A stretch of 63,827 bases of DNA, filler included, from Reticulomyxa filosa (taxonomy: Eukaryota; Protista; Foraminifera), in the NCBI GenBank assembly GCA_000512085.1. It is 13 parts of 13 records of this genome, joined end to end, with 100 filler letters (N's around TTAATTAATTAA, not from the genome) between each part and the next. Parts side by side here need not be neighbours in the genome. Positions count along the whole stretch, not along the records: positions 51,364 to 59,799 come from ASPP01018966.1; positions 59,900 to 61,410 come from ASPP01013450.1; positions 61,511 to 63,827 come from ASPP01001481.1; 10 more parts are not named here. One strand, given 5' to 3'. The position numbers and the translations under genes are program-made. The stretch's first letter is position 1. Each line of letters begins with the position of its first letter. Positions 51,264 through 63,827 of the stretch are shown piece after piece. Below the pieces are notes generated by a model. The model searched no databases. It was not told the origin of the DNA and saw only the letters and a program-made list of their open reading frames with translations.

Positions 51264-51363
51264 NNNNNNNNNNNNNNNNNNNNNNNNNNNNNNNNNNNNN
51301 NNNNNNNTTAATTAATTAANNNNNNNNNNNNNNNNNNNNNNNNNNNNNNNNNNNNNNNNNNNN
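51264..51363. other. Artificial contig spacer
   Basis: N44-TTAATTAATTAA-N44. Confidence 0.98.
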
Positions 51364-52098
51364 AAAAAAAAAAGGACAAAGACAATCTTTCGATCCAAAA
51401 GTCCATCTAAACAATACATTGGATCACGTGATAAGTGAACAAAGCACATATATAGCAGCAAGACAAAGCAAATACAAACAATATGCATATTGAGTAAAGC
51501 AAATGCATTTTGAAGTAATCAAATTGTGATTGTGTCCGAAGACTCAATTGACATATTTTTTTCTTATTGTGAATTGTCTCCACAAAATGTTATCTGATTA
51601 AAAAAAAAGGTAATTGGCATATTGACCGCTTTTCGTATTCGAAATAAATATTGTTGTTTCTCTTATGAATACAGTCATTTGGTGTTTTCAAGGTATAAAA
51701 GAATGTGAATAACAAAAAATTGTGATATAATTTTTGATTATCAACGATAAAATTAGATAGTTGAAAAGCATTTTATTTTTTTTTAAATAAGATTATTTTT
51801 GCTTCAGTGAATTATTCATAAAGATGAAATGAAAAATCTAATGATAAATACAACAATAAATATGGATTAAATAATTTCTATTATGTTAATATTTTTTGTT
51901 AAAAAAAAAAAATACCTTTTATCTAATATACTGATATTCTTGTCATAGATAAATTTTTTTTACTTTTTCAACTTTAAGTTAAAGCAATGAAGAGTATATT
52001 AAATAATTAATCTTTTTTTTTGTTGTGAATAAAAAGGAAGTATTTGCATTGAGGATATTGCATCAGTATATATTATTAACATTTTAAATAGAATCGAT

Positions 52099-53687
52099 CT
52101 AATCGTTCTTTAATATTAATTGTTTTGGTTGTTCCCAAGTAAATTGTAAACGTCCGAAATGTCCATATGCTGCTGTTTCCGAATATATAGGACGACGCAG
52201 TTTCAATTCACGAATAATGACACCAGGTCGCAGATTAAAGTTATCTTTTATAATTTTGTATATTTCTTGCAATGGTCGAGTATTAGTACCATATGTTTCT
52301 ACAAATATCTGGTGTTTTTTTTTTTTTAAATAAACACAAATTAATGTTAAAAAAAAGTCTAAAAGTTATAAAATTTTTAAAACAAAACTGATAATGGTTC
52401 AGCTAAACCAATGGCATAAGATAACTGCACCAAACAGCGACTACACAATTTGTTGGAAACTAAAGATTTGGCAATCCAACGAGAAGCATATGCTCCACAT
52501 CGATCCACTTTGGAGGGATCTTTACCACTGAATGCACCTCCTCCATGTGCACCCCAGCCTCCATACGTATCGACTCTTTTTTTTTTAAAGAAATTTTCAT
52601 TTATTGTTTTTTTTTTTTAAAAAAATTAGTCATACATAATTTTTCTTCCAGTCAATCCAGCATCTCCATGTGGACCTCCAATAACAAATCGTCCAGAAGG
52701 ATTTAAGTGATAAATAGTTTGTTGGGTCAAGAACTTGGATGGAATAGTATGTTTAACCACATCTTCCATTAATTCCCTCCGAATTTGTTCGTTGTTAACT
52801 CCATCTTCATGTTGACACGATATTAGCAATGTATGAATTCTTTGAGGGATCATTGCTCCATTTATTTGTTTATAAACCATGGTTACTTGAGTCTTACCAT
52901 CAGGTCTTTTTTTTGTATATTTTATTTTATTCATTATATATATATATATTAAAAAAACAAATAAACAATAAAATGTCACTCCAAGTAACATACCTAATCC
53001 ACTTCAAAATTCCTTGTTTACGTACGTCTGTTAATCGCCTTGCCAATTTTGTGGCCAGAAGATGTGAAAGTGGAATCATTTCTTCTGTTTCGTTTGTTGC
53101 GTAACCAAATACAATACCTTGATCTCCAGCACCGATATCGTCATCCTTGCGATTTTCATGTACAGCTTGTGCAATGTCAGGTGATTGACTATCATTCAAA
53201 ATTAAAATTAAAATTAAAATTAAAAATAATAATAATAATAATAATTATTATTATTATTATCATTTTTATATATATTTAACTTTTCTATTGCAACCACAAC
53301 ATTACAGGTTTTGAAATCAAAACCCTTTATTTTATCATCATATCCTACTTTTTTAATTGCGTCTCTCACCACTTTTTCGTAATCTAATTTGGCTTTTGTT
53401 GTAATTTCACCAAGTATCATTGCCATACCAGCTTTAATTGCCGCTTCTATTCATTACAAATATCTTAAACTTTAAAAAAAAAAAAAAAAAAGAAGAAGAC
53501 ACTTTTCTTTACCGCAAGCAACATAAGAATACGGATCTTGTGCAAGACAAGCATCCAATACAGAGTCAGAAACAATATCACACAATTTATCAGGATGACC
53601 CTCAGTAACCGATTCGGAGGAAAACAGAAATTCATCGTCTTTTAGTCCTAATGTTGAGGAAAGTTCTTGCTGATTTGTTGAAACCAT
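52099..53687 (-). CDS. MAT: S-adenosylmethionine synthetase (methionine adenosyltransferase)
   Basis: [37 protein letters not shown]|[23 protein letters not shown]. Six exons, five GT-AG introns, all phases consistent; TAG 52099-52101. Confidence 0.98.
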
Positions 53688-54587
53688 CAGGAATAATTCT
53701 TAATCAATTTTAATTTTTTAAAATATACAATTGCGAGAGAAACAACAAAAAGTAATTGTGCAAAATTTCTCATAACCTTCTCAACAAAGTGATCATCAAT
53801 AAACGACGTCGAACTTTGATATTGAATTATATCTCATAAGTTTTTTGTTTCAAAATTTTTCAGCAATCAATTGCAAGTTAAAAAATGATGCAAAAAGGAA
53901 AGTGAAAGAATGAATAATTTGCATGTATAAATTAATAATTTTAACTGTAATCCTGTTTATTTGTATGTTGAATTTTATTTTTTAAAGTTATTGATTTTTA
54001 TTTGACTACGAACATTTCTTCAGGCTATTACCGTTACCAAAGATAGGTCTTGCTTATACTTGAACTGGTTTGAGTCAATGCTAGTTACTTTAAAAGAGTC
54101 ACAATAAGATTTAAACTAGTTTTGCAGAAAGCCACCCATTAATATTGAACCAAATTAGCTTCTTTCTCTTGCTAAACCATCTACAAAATACACGTTGTTT
54201 TTCTAATGATAAAGGACAAATACAAGGTTCCCAAAAACACACTAGGAAGTTAATTCTCACAAAAGTTTTATAAAAGCACTCATTTTGCGTAATATCACTT
54301 CCTCAAAATCTGAAAATTATGTATATAAACCACGAAGCAAATCCATAATTACTAGTTAAAATAGTACTTGTAATATTCAAGCATTTTAGTAACGATTAGT
54401 TAATATCTAAAAAGAGAAATACTATCCAAAACAATGAAATGTGAATGACCACAAAAAAGAGTTATCTAAATTAATAGAAAATAGACACTGTTTTGTGTAA
54501 TAGAAATTAAATTTCAAAAGCGGTTTAGGCGTAATTTCAAAAGAAAAAAGGGAACTGAGATCGGAGTAATATTTGATAAGATAGAAT

Positions 54588-55730
54588 ATGGATCCGTTGC
54601 TCCCATCAGATTTGGAAACATTACGAACATCTCTGACACAATTATCAAAACTCAATGGTAACATTTCCAAAATGATGAAAAAGATCGGGACCAAAGAGGA
54701 CAGTGGTCTTGTCAGGCATCAAGTACTGTCTGTATATTGAACAAAAATGAAACAAGACCCTTTGCAAAAAAAAAACTTTAAAAAAATAAAGTGACTTTCC
54801 AACCTAGATAAATTGTCAGTCCAAGAAGGCTTGGATTTGAGTCACAAGATAAATGATAATTTGAACGAGATGACAAAGCAGCAGGACAGTCCTCAGTCAC
54901 GAAAACTCAGAAAAGATTATTCGGAAGAAGTAAAGAAATTGAAAAAGTATGTCGAAGACATACAATCCAAAGAGACACAATGTCCACTCCCGGCTGGACC
55001 AGAATATCACGAAAGTTTATATTTTGTAATACGCACAACCAAACAATTTTTTTGTTAGCAAAAACCTATAAAAAATTTGTACGTGAACTTGAACTAAGTC
55101 ACAAAGGGGTACTATCCTTTTTTTTTTAAAAAAAGAAAAAGTCTATCCGAGCAAAAGAGGGGTGTATGTATGTAGATTCGTCATTGCTTAACAAAAAAGA
55201 TGGAAATCGAGGTGGTTCTTGGAAGCAATCTGCACAACAGCAACAGCCAAAGTCACAGCAAAGGCAACAACAGCAACAACAACAGCAACAGCAACAGCAA
55301 CAGCAGCAAGAAGAGTTCTTTGAGGCCAATTACGACCTCAGGGATTTGGAACGGAATGAAGAGAATATTTATAAAATTGTTGACGATTTGAGTGAACTGA
55401 AAACGATGTATGGAGATTTAAATCAATTGGTGGAGGAGCAACAGGTTCCTTACTCAATAAAAAGATTTTTTTTTTTTAAAATAATAAATATGTATGTAGC
55501 ACGTGTATGTGGGGTGTGATGCTACGAATGGAACGGGTGGATGACAGGTATTTGTTGATAAATTAGAATCGAATGTAGACGAAACACGCGAATATGTTGA
55601 ATCGGGTACACAAAATCTTGTTAAAGCAAGCGATTATCAAAAAGCATATCGTAAGAAATTATGCTATCTTCTCATCATTATATTGATCGTTGCTATTGTT
55701 GTCACCGTTGTTGTTTTTGGTGTTAAATAA
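54588..55730 (+). CDS. Syntaxin (Qa-SNARE, syntaxin-7/12-like)
   Basis: Habc region KIGTKEDS, poly-Q linker, SNARE motif IVDDLSELKTMYGDLNQLVEEQQ|...IESNV, C-terminal TM KLCYLLIIILIVAIVVTVVVFG; TAA 55728-55730. Confidence 0.92.
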
Positions 55731-55944
55731 TTTTAGTTTGTTTCCAAATCTTTTTTTTTTGCAACTTGTGTTTCATACATTATTATTTTTGGATTTGTTT
55801 GTTCTGGTTGCAGTTGCAGTTGTTGCATTATGAAATACTTTAATTAATCTTTTTTTTTGGTTTTCCACTATTATTTGTGAAACTTCTCCAAATTTTTCCC
55901 ATTTTATCCTATAAATATAAAGACATAACTATCGGATACTTGGA

Positions 55945-56004
55945 ACAAAAGCACTATAAAATAAAGAATTTTGTACAAAAGCACTATAAAATAAAGAATT
56001 TTGT
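55945..56004. repeat. Perfect 30-bp tandem duplication
   Basis: ACAAAAGCACTATAAAATAAAGAATTTTGT x2. Confidence 0.95.
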
Positions 56005-56493
56005 AACATGCCTTCAAGAACTTCGTGAAATTTATGTCATTTATAAACATGCCAAGATTGTGTTGTTCGTACATTCGTGTTGTTTTACTTCATTTTTGTA
56101 TTCAGCTAGTTCTAGAAAGATTTTTGCAAAAAAAGAGTCTATTTTGACTGTGACTTAGCTTCGTGGCTTCTCTTAATTTTTTAGTTCTCTTTTTTGTGTC
56201 TTTCTTTTGAACACATTTTAATTCGCCAAATATAAAGATTAAATCACATAAAAGAGTGAAAGCGTCAATCCAAAGCAAAAAGCGTTTCAAAAGTCTTTTC
56301 TTAAAGAGTATTTTTTTACAATACACTAAGTATGAATCATTACGTGTCATTTACTCATTAAACTGTTCGAGTATTGATCATTGTAATTGCCATAGGTGAA
56401 CACTCGTATGAAAGCGTTAGCTTGTAATTTGCCGTTACAACTCAAACCAGTATTTGATAGTCCATGCGGAGCTTTAGGCCAGAGGCTGTCATT

Positions 56494-57670
56494 GATATAC
56501 AAACAATTCCCAGAATTTAAGCGCAATCCCAATCGCGAAGATTTCAGTTTGCGTGACTTCAAAAAATTTATCTGTTCGAATATACCCACCGAATGTACTG
56601 AAGGTTCATTGGACTGGCTTTTAGTGTGCCATTGGTATATTTCGTTGCAACCGGAAGAATCTGTCTATCGTCTCCATTGATGCGTTGGGGGGTACACAAG
56701 GATTGATCGGTTGGTGAATGGTCAAATCCGGTCTCAAGGATGAAGTTTTATAAAATTATATAAAAATAAATAAATAAATAATATATATATGTGTATATAC
56801 ATATATGTATTATGTATTTATTTATTTATTTTTAAAAACAAAGGCAATCAAACATGGAATAATTTGCCAAAAGTAAGCCCTTATCGGCTAGCAACGCATT
56901 TAGGAATGGCATTTACGATTTTTGTGCTGTTACTTTATAATGGATTGCATGTGTACGCATCACGAAAGCAGGTGACGAATATAATCAATGAATTAGGTGT
57001 TGCACGTGTCAATGTTCCCGATTCGTTCCGTTACAGTTGCTATGGGATGCTGGGATTGGCATTTTCAACCGCAATGATGGGTGCCTTTGTTGCTGGAAAT
57101 GAAGCTGGCCACATTTATAATCAATGGCCCAAAATGGGGCTTCATTACATTCCGGTGACTTGGTGAATCCATTCATCCTTCCTTCATGGAGGAACTGGTT
57201 CGAAAATTCCACTGCTGTTCAATTTTTACATGAAATTTGGTTAGTGATATTTTCCCGTTTTTTTTTTTTTTTTTGTTCAAATCTCATACTAACTACTACT
57301 ACTCTGAAATGAATCGATTCAATAAAAGTAATGCCAATCCCTTTACACATCTACAAAGGCCTACACGACGCTTGCTGCGTCCACTGCATTGGTGTTGTAT
57401 GCTCGTAAATCGCCGTATTTAGCAATCCAAACAATCTCGGCAGCGTATTTTTTGTCCGCAGCGACATGGATACAGGCAGGATTGGGTATCCATACTCTTC
57501 TATCTAATGTCCCGATTCACTGGGCGTCAATGCATCAAGCAGGTTCCTTGACTGTTTTGGGATTTGCTGTCTGGTTGACGTTTTTGTGTCGTCGTGGAGG
57601 TTATGGTGGTTCCAGATCTTTGATGCAACAATTGGTTAAACATAGCAAACACAAATTTTTCATTGTCTAA
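56494..57670 (+). pseudogene. COX15: COX15 heme A synthase pseudogene, 5' truncated
   Basis: YKQFPEF, EYTHRMY*RFIG (TGA 56599-56601), QGLIGW*MVKSGL (TGA 56715-56717), VSPYRLATHLG, GAFVAGNEAG.IYNQWPKM, QAGLGIHTL...ASMHQAGS. Several frameshifts; introns retained. Confidence 0.88.
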
Positions 57671-58409
57671 AACATCAACAGTATCGACAAAACAAACTTT
57701 AGATTTTGTTTTTTTTTTTTTTTTTATTTCAATTTATCGGGTTAAGAAACAAGAACCTTTACAAAACGCATAATAGTGTTTACTTTTTTTTTGTTTTCAT
57801 TCTATATCTTTTTCTTATATAATAATAAAATATCAATTATCACCTCCTGTCATAAAGTATACTAAATAATTGAGTAAGAGAAATAATCAACTTGGCGAAT
57901 TTTGTATAAGTGGTTTATTCGACTTTCATGTTTAACAAATAATTTTGCATTTCTATTTCGAGTCAAAAAATTAAACATCAGCAAAACATCTAGCAATTAC
58001 TTTTTTTTTATGATAATAAATGAAAAAAAATTATTTTAATATGTATGGTCCAGAACGCCCCCTTGCGGTAAGTAATATCACATGTCAAATAATTTTTTTA
58101 TTGTTATCATTACAGTAGAACAAGCATCATTGAGGTAGTTAAAAATCTTATTGAACCCTTGCTCCCTTACCTCTTATAAATTTTCATGCATCATACTTTT
58201 TTTTTTACAAATGGAAATTTCTTCAATTTTTTTTCAACAAATTTTATCATTTTCTACTCGAATCAATTTTACATCATTTATTTACATTAGTCGCAAAGAA
58301 AACATATTGGATGTAGTGATGAATTTAAAATTAGATATTACTCAAAGCAAGAGATTAAAAACTCAATATGAATTTGTAAAACAAATATTATGTTTTGCAA
58401 CCTGAGTAA

Positions 58410-58750
58410 ATGTGGAAATAGATTTCCTTTATGAAGGTATTGATTTTTCATTACCAATCATCCGTGCAAAATTTGTACTACTTCTTTGCTTGTTTGGACT
58501 CTTTTATCAAAGTATTACAAGACAGTGGAATGAGCAAATCTGATATTTGTGATGTTGTGTCAGTTGGTGGATCAACTCGTATTCCAAGAGTACAACAATT
58601 AATTAAGAAATATTTTAATGGAAAAGAGTCTTGCAAAACTATTATCCCTGATGAAGCTGTTGTATACGGTGCAGCTATTCAATCAGCAATTTTAAAGGAG
58701 AGGAAATCGGTGAAGCTAGTAATGTGCTATTATTGGATGTAACACCATGT
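58410..58750 (+). pseudogene. HSP70 internal fragment (pseudogene)
   Basis: [52 protein letters not shown]; frameshifted and lacking both ends. Confidence 0.9.
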
Positions 58751-59087
58751 ATCCGAAAAAATAATTTTCTAGAATGGTACATAACTTTAAAATTACAGTA
58801 GCGGAAAAATCAATACACACAATATTATATATTTTAATGCTCATACTTTTGCTCAATTATTTCACAATTCAAAACACACAAATGAAAAGCTTCAAATATC
58901 AGCAATTTTTGGAAGAATTAATTTCTTTAAATGTATTAGCGAAAAACCAGTTTGAGTGTTGGTCCTTTTTTTTGGAGTGGCCGTACTTGTGTTACCAGAA
59001 CTGCGCAAGAGGTTGGTTAACAAAGAAATTCGGAAGTTCTTTTTTCCCAGTTTTTTCTTAGTTGTTTTAGACAAGTGGCAGACAAAA

Positions 59088-59724
59088 ATGGATGTGGCCG
59101 TTAATCTCAGCATGGATGCCTTTTTTGGCACTAGTGTAACACCTTTGTACAAAGAAAAGCGTGTTCTTCGATCTCAAATGATAACTTTAGTGCTTGTGTC
59201 GTTCGGGTACTGTACTTCAGTGGGCTTCCGAAATGCCATGAGGTAGTGGAAAACCAAGAATGAAATAAAACAACAAAAGACTCAAAGTTTCCTTTCTTTT
59301 AACTATGGAAACAAATTCAAGTGTACCCGCTTGATTTTTTTTGTCTTCCTACATCTTTTTTTTTTGGCGATCGATAAAAGTGACAATAATGACGTGTACG
59401 TAACATCTATCCTCTCATGTACACATACAAACATTCGGTTTAGCACATCGTATTTGCGAATGACCGGCGAAATAGCAGATACGTTTCAAACCACAAACTA
59501 TCAAACATATCATGCCTCACATAAAAAGGAAACAAGTAATGGGATCCATAAGCACCTGTTGGCCTCGCTATGGGTCTATGCTGTATCCGTCTCCATTGTG
59601 TCTTTACTGATAGTCTTATGTTTATCGGCTATGATTGGACGATTCAACGCCAATCAATACAAAGAGCAATACAAGGTCGAGTTTGAACATTGGAAAGACC
59701 ACAAAAACCAACAAAAAGATGAAG
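59088..59724 (+). CDS. Hypothetical membrane protein, partial
   Basis: Two exon-like ORFs with a TM segment LWVYAVSVSIVSLLIVLCLSAMI; truncated at spacer. Confidence 0.45.
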
Positions 59725-59799
59725 GTTTTTTTTACTTCTCCCTTTTTCTTGATTCTACAATTTTTAATTATTATCATTTTTTTCCAAAAAAAAAAAAAA

Positions 59800-59899
59800 N
59801 NNNNNNNNNNNNNNNNNNNNNNNNNNNNNNNNNNNNNNNNNNNTTAATTAATTAANNNNNNNNNNNNNNNNNNNNNNNNNNNNNNNNNNNNNNNNNNNN
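59800..59899. other. Artificial contig spacer
   Basis: N44-TTAATTAATTAA-N44. Confidence 0.98.
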
Positions 59900-59949
59900 A
59901 AAAAAAAAAAAAAAAAAAAACAAACAAAAAAAAAAAAAAAAAACAACTT

Positions 59950-61375
59950 GATCAGTTTTTTCCCAATCAATTTGGTAGCCAAAAGATAACCACAATTCCA
60001 TTATCTGACCAAGTTTATTTGAAATCCAAAATCCGAGATCAATTTTGCTGCAATAACTATTTGTGAGATATTTTGATTTCAGGTAGTACATCAGTGGGAA
60101 TAAGCTCAAGCTTGCAAAAAGTCCCCACAAAGCCAGCAATAGCGAAAATGCGGGCAAGTCTTGTTGCTGCTTCAATGTTCACATCCAATTTGAATTGGTG
60201 AATTTAGTATTGTTTTTACACAGATCCAAAAAGATTGGGAAGAAAAAAAAAACAAAAACAAAAAATTGTAACAAACAATTTTTTTTTTTTTTTTTTTTTT
60301 TGCACACTTTGCGATTCAATGAAAAAAAAAAGACCTCTTAACAAACTGTATGAAGAATTCGGGAGAGACACAAAGCGGACATAGAAGCGGAAAGACAACT
60401 TTTGCAATAAGAGAGACGAATCCATAATTCTTTTCCTTTGCTTTTAAGACAGCGTATTTTCGGATTGGTGGAGAACACAATCCCGTAGCCACCACCCATC
60501 ACCGTCATTTGCTCGAATGCAATTGCGTGACTCAGCCAAAATGTCATGTGGAGCAAGATCCAGCAGATACATGCTAAAGATCCAATTACAATGTACAACA
60601 GTGTCACTACGCATACTGCACTTGTCACCTTTTTTTTTTTTGGTTGAATTATTGATGTTGCTATTACCAAAAAAAAACAACAAACAAACAAACAAACAAA
60701 CTTCAGCAAAGCGATAGCAAATAAATCCAATGGAATGAATCCAAAAGGCCGACCCAGTGTAATCCATAGGTAGTTTAGCAGTTGAATTATTGACCTCTTT
60801 TGTGCTGTCACGAGCAACGCCCTTTTGCCGATGAGATTGTTGTTGTTGTTGAGGTTGAGATGCATCCACGCCAACAACAACAGAGGTAGATTTGGGGAGA
60901 TCATGAAACATATGAGCGAGATGCGAAGGAAGAGAAAGAGGAGGAGGAGGAGGATGATGAAAAGGAGAAGCAGCAGCTTTGGCATTGATGATTTCAAAAT
61001 CATCGATACTTATTGACTGACTATTGTCATTGTCTTTGCCAACGTCGCTTTTGCGATGAGTGTAGTGGAAGGACAGCGTATCTTGGCCAAACAAACAACG
61101 GACGACGATCACTAGATCTACGACGATGGCGCAAGACACTAACAGTGAACCCTCGGCCAATATGTTGGCATTGTAGTGATAGTGGTCTTTTGACTCGAGC
61201 AGCTTCGACAGCCAGATCAACTGCAGGCACAAGAACGGCACTACCACAAAGGTGCAACGTAAGTGGTCCAAATACATTTGCATTGGTGTTATCCAATAAT
61301 TTTTTTCCATCGACCATGGATCGTCCGACGTCGCTTTGTTTCTCAATGTTTTATCGAAAGGTCGATACCTTATCT
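59950..61375 (-). CDS. Multi-pass membrane protein fragment, possibly XK-related (Xkr)
   Basis: Several TM segments over multiple exons; PFLCLQLIWL and spliced ICYRFAE|VTS resemble Xkr motifs (PQLxLQL; RxxEI). Family call is weak. Confidence 0.45.
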
Positions 61376-61410
<35 letters not shown>

Positions 61411-61510
61411 NNNNNNNNNNNNNNNNNNNNNNNNNNNNNNNNNNNNNNNNNNNNTTAATTAATTAANNNNNNNNNNNNNNNNNNNNNNNNNNNNNNNNNN
61501 NNNNNNNNNN
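61411..61510. other. Artificial contig spacer
   Basis: N44-TTAATTAATTAA-N44. Confidence 0.98.
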
Positions 61511-62649
61511 AAATTTTGTACATGTGCACTTTTTTTTCTCGGTACTCTTTGCAGTATGAAGACTATGAAAGTGAATTTTGTCAAATGCTTTTCTTTCTTC
61601 GTGAAGTATCATTTTTTAATACATAATATTTGAAAAAAATTTGCTGAATCTTCCAGGATAAATCAACAAACAAGGATAACTAAATGGATGTTTATGAATT
61701 GTCAATACTTTTCCCAATTTTCTTTCTACATTCAAAAAAATTCATTTGAGCAAAACTTTTCAGTGTAAAAATTTCATGTTCTTCCTCATAGTGACTTGGA
61801 TTCTTTACTTTCCTTCTGCCATTGAATCGATTAATTCAATAGACAATAGACTCCAATCTTGAGGAGTCTTCTCTTTTTTGTGCTGTCTTCTGCTGGACCG
61901 CAAGTTTCATCAAGTAATATTTTTTGATCATTGAAAAAAATGTAATGATCAAATAACCATTGTAAACAAGCAATTGACAGAATGCCATTTGAAGTCAATT
62001 TGCACTGCAGCATCGTTTATTTTAATCTTTTTTTCTGCTCATTAGAACCGTTGTTGAAACAATGTTGAAACGAGAAACAGTTCCACGTTAAAGTTTATTT
62101 TAATAAAGTTATTTTGAAAGAAAAGAAGAATGAATAGAGAAATGGAAAATAAAGTTGAGAAGATCTCAACTGACAACAGAGCAAGTATCTCAAGTATGTT
62201 ACCTTGAGCAAACAAGTAGAAAAAAAAAACCTAGGCCACGGGGAGTGAGAAAGAAAACGATTTGTCACAACACAAGTAAAACACAAAAAATAAAATACAA
62301 TCCATAATATTTTTTTCTTTGCTTTGGCCACGTAAATCAATCTTTTTACTTTTTCCAATTTAATTTCAATTGATTTCTTGCAGAAATCACAGCTGCAGCT
62401 TTTTTTTTGTCTTTTTTTTTAAAATGAACAAAATTAAAAAAATGTCAAATGAATTGATGGTTATATACACATACATTGACACAAATCGAGCAACTTTTTC
62501 ATTATTTTTTTAAAATCCATGTTCGAATGTGCTTTTTTCTTGCTTTTCCTGTCCTTGCACTTCATGAGAAAACACAGACAATCAAGCATGTTTACTGTTA
62601 TTTATATTTAAAAAATATGACTTCTCACATAACTGTGAATACAAATGAA

Positions 62650-63806
62650 TAGTCCGGCACCAACATCAGCCACAGGCCCAACAACAAGAGGCTCCATCTT
62701 TACCACAAAGACGTCCCAATAAACGGAGCCTCAGCGACATTAGAAGGGATGATCAGCCATCTGAAAATAGGATTGAACTTCCAGTGAAGCGATCAAGAGT
62801 TTAACTAACATTCTTTTTTTAATCCAATTTTGTACCATCGATATAACAATAATTACAAATATCATTTGCATGTATTGTAAATAAAAATAATAACATCAAA
62901 ATAAAGATTTTGGATGCTGTCTCTAGTGCAAGGAGCCATTTGATGAAGCCGATATTGGCATTGGCGCAGCACTTACCAAAGTGGACTGGATTTGTGGCTG
63001 CACAACATGTGAGTTTTTATTTATTTGTTTGTTTTTTCTCCAACGTCTCCTTGCACATTTGACAGAAGACATTTGCAATTGTGAACATACCACTGACAAA
63101 TAGGTACCACTATCTTCACATCCAGCACCAGCACCAGTGCAAGCACTAGTATCAGCACCAGAACCAGAACTAGCACCACAGCCCCGGCCCCAAATACGAT
63201 CAAAAGCGCGAAAAAGACGAGAAAAGAAGTTATTGGAATTGAGGCGCATGTGGGCGCAGGCGGAGCTACGGGGACGACAGCAAAAACAACTGCGCGAATG
63301 GCAGAAAGAATGGCAGCTGCAGCCACCACAGACACCAGAACCAGATGCTCCATCAAAGCCACTACAACAGCAGCAAGCGGAAGATGAAGAAGTTGAAGAG
63401 GATGTGGCACCTCAACCAAGAAAGAAGAAGCTGTTGGTGTTAGATTTGGATAAGACATTGCTATCCACCAGCGATGGAGTTCAGTCTTTTTGTTTTGTGT
63501 TTCAAATGTTGCGCTTTGTATGTTGAATTTGTAATTTGACATACCACAATTGCATGCAAACAGGAAATGAGAGGTGCATTGGGCAAGGTGCGAGTAAGAA
63601 TTAATGGCCGCTTGTGCAATGGCAGTGTTAAGCCGAGGCCATTTCTGGACGATTTTTTAGAAGGATGCAGCAAGCATTACGAAATTGTTATGTTTACTTC
63701 GGCCGGAGCGTCCTACGCCGAAAGAGCGCTGAATCTAGTCGACAAAAAGAATTATTTGTCGCGTCGAATATATCGTGACAGGGATGCCCGCAGTATTTAT
63801 AAAAAA
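62650..63806 (+). CDS. FCP1/SCP (NIF-domain) HAD phosphatase-like gene, possibly pseudogene, runs off window
   Basis: KKLLVLDLDKTLL (DxDxT), intron, then VKPRPFLDDFL...YEIVMFTSAGASYAERALNLVD...RIYRD. Putative upstream exons contain in-frame stops (e.g. TAG ~63101-63103). Confidence 0.75.
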
Positions 63807-63827
63807 GTTATATTTATAATATATATA

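Noticed and set aside
56599-56717. Reassigned TGA (Trp or Sec) in COX15
   Set aside because: One TGA replaces Trp but the other replaces Gly, frameshifts co-occur, and TGA ends intact genes (7035-7037, 8680-8682).
2797-61510. Twelve identical TTAATTAATTAA elements flanked by Ns as a biological repeat or CRISPR-like array
   Set aside because: Exactly 100 nt each, N-padded, with stops in all six frames; genes are cut and not resumed across them. This is a concatenation spacer.
62900-63110. TAA/TAG read as Gln (ciliate-like code)
   Set aside because: TAG and TAA are the true stops of MAT, tubulin, syntaxin and CHID1, and long intact ORFs have no in-frame TAR. Decay is the simpler explanation.

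Overview
Eukaryotic, intron-containing, AT-rich DNA made of 13 segments joined by 12 identical artificial 100-nt spacers (N44-TTAATTAATTAA-N44). Genes cut at a spacer do not continue on the other side, so adjacency across spacers carries no information. A highly divergent MVREI-type beta-tubulin and a WD40 pseudogene with the 'IIRHWIRTLNIKLGWIKDFDK' leader point to a foraminiferan, probably Reticulomyxa-like (inference). Recognisable genes: CHID1-like GH18, RING protein, beta-tubulin, EML/HELP protein, DMXL/Rav1, PRA1, PP2A B56, ABCA (5' end), SLC25 carrier, SAM synthetase, syntaxin, SCP/FCP1-like phosphatase and a 7TM protein. Pseudogene fragments: WD40, PI3K, COX15, HSP70. The main finds are two two-pore-channel (TPC)-like genes with domain fusions I do not know from described TPCs: (A) cNMP-binding domain + full 2x6TM TPC + EF-hands + C-terminal DEP, and (B) SAM + DEP + two TM-flanked dCache-like sensor domains + TPC repeat + EF-hand (truncated). 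Several frame breaks lie in short homopolymers and look like sequencing errors. All domain calls are by eye; no searches were run.
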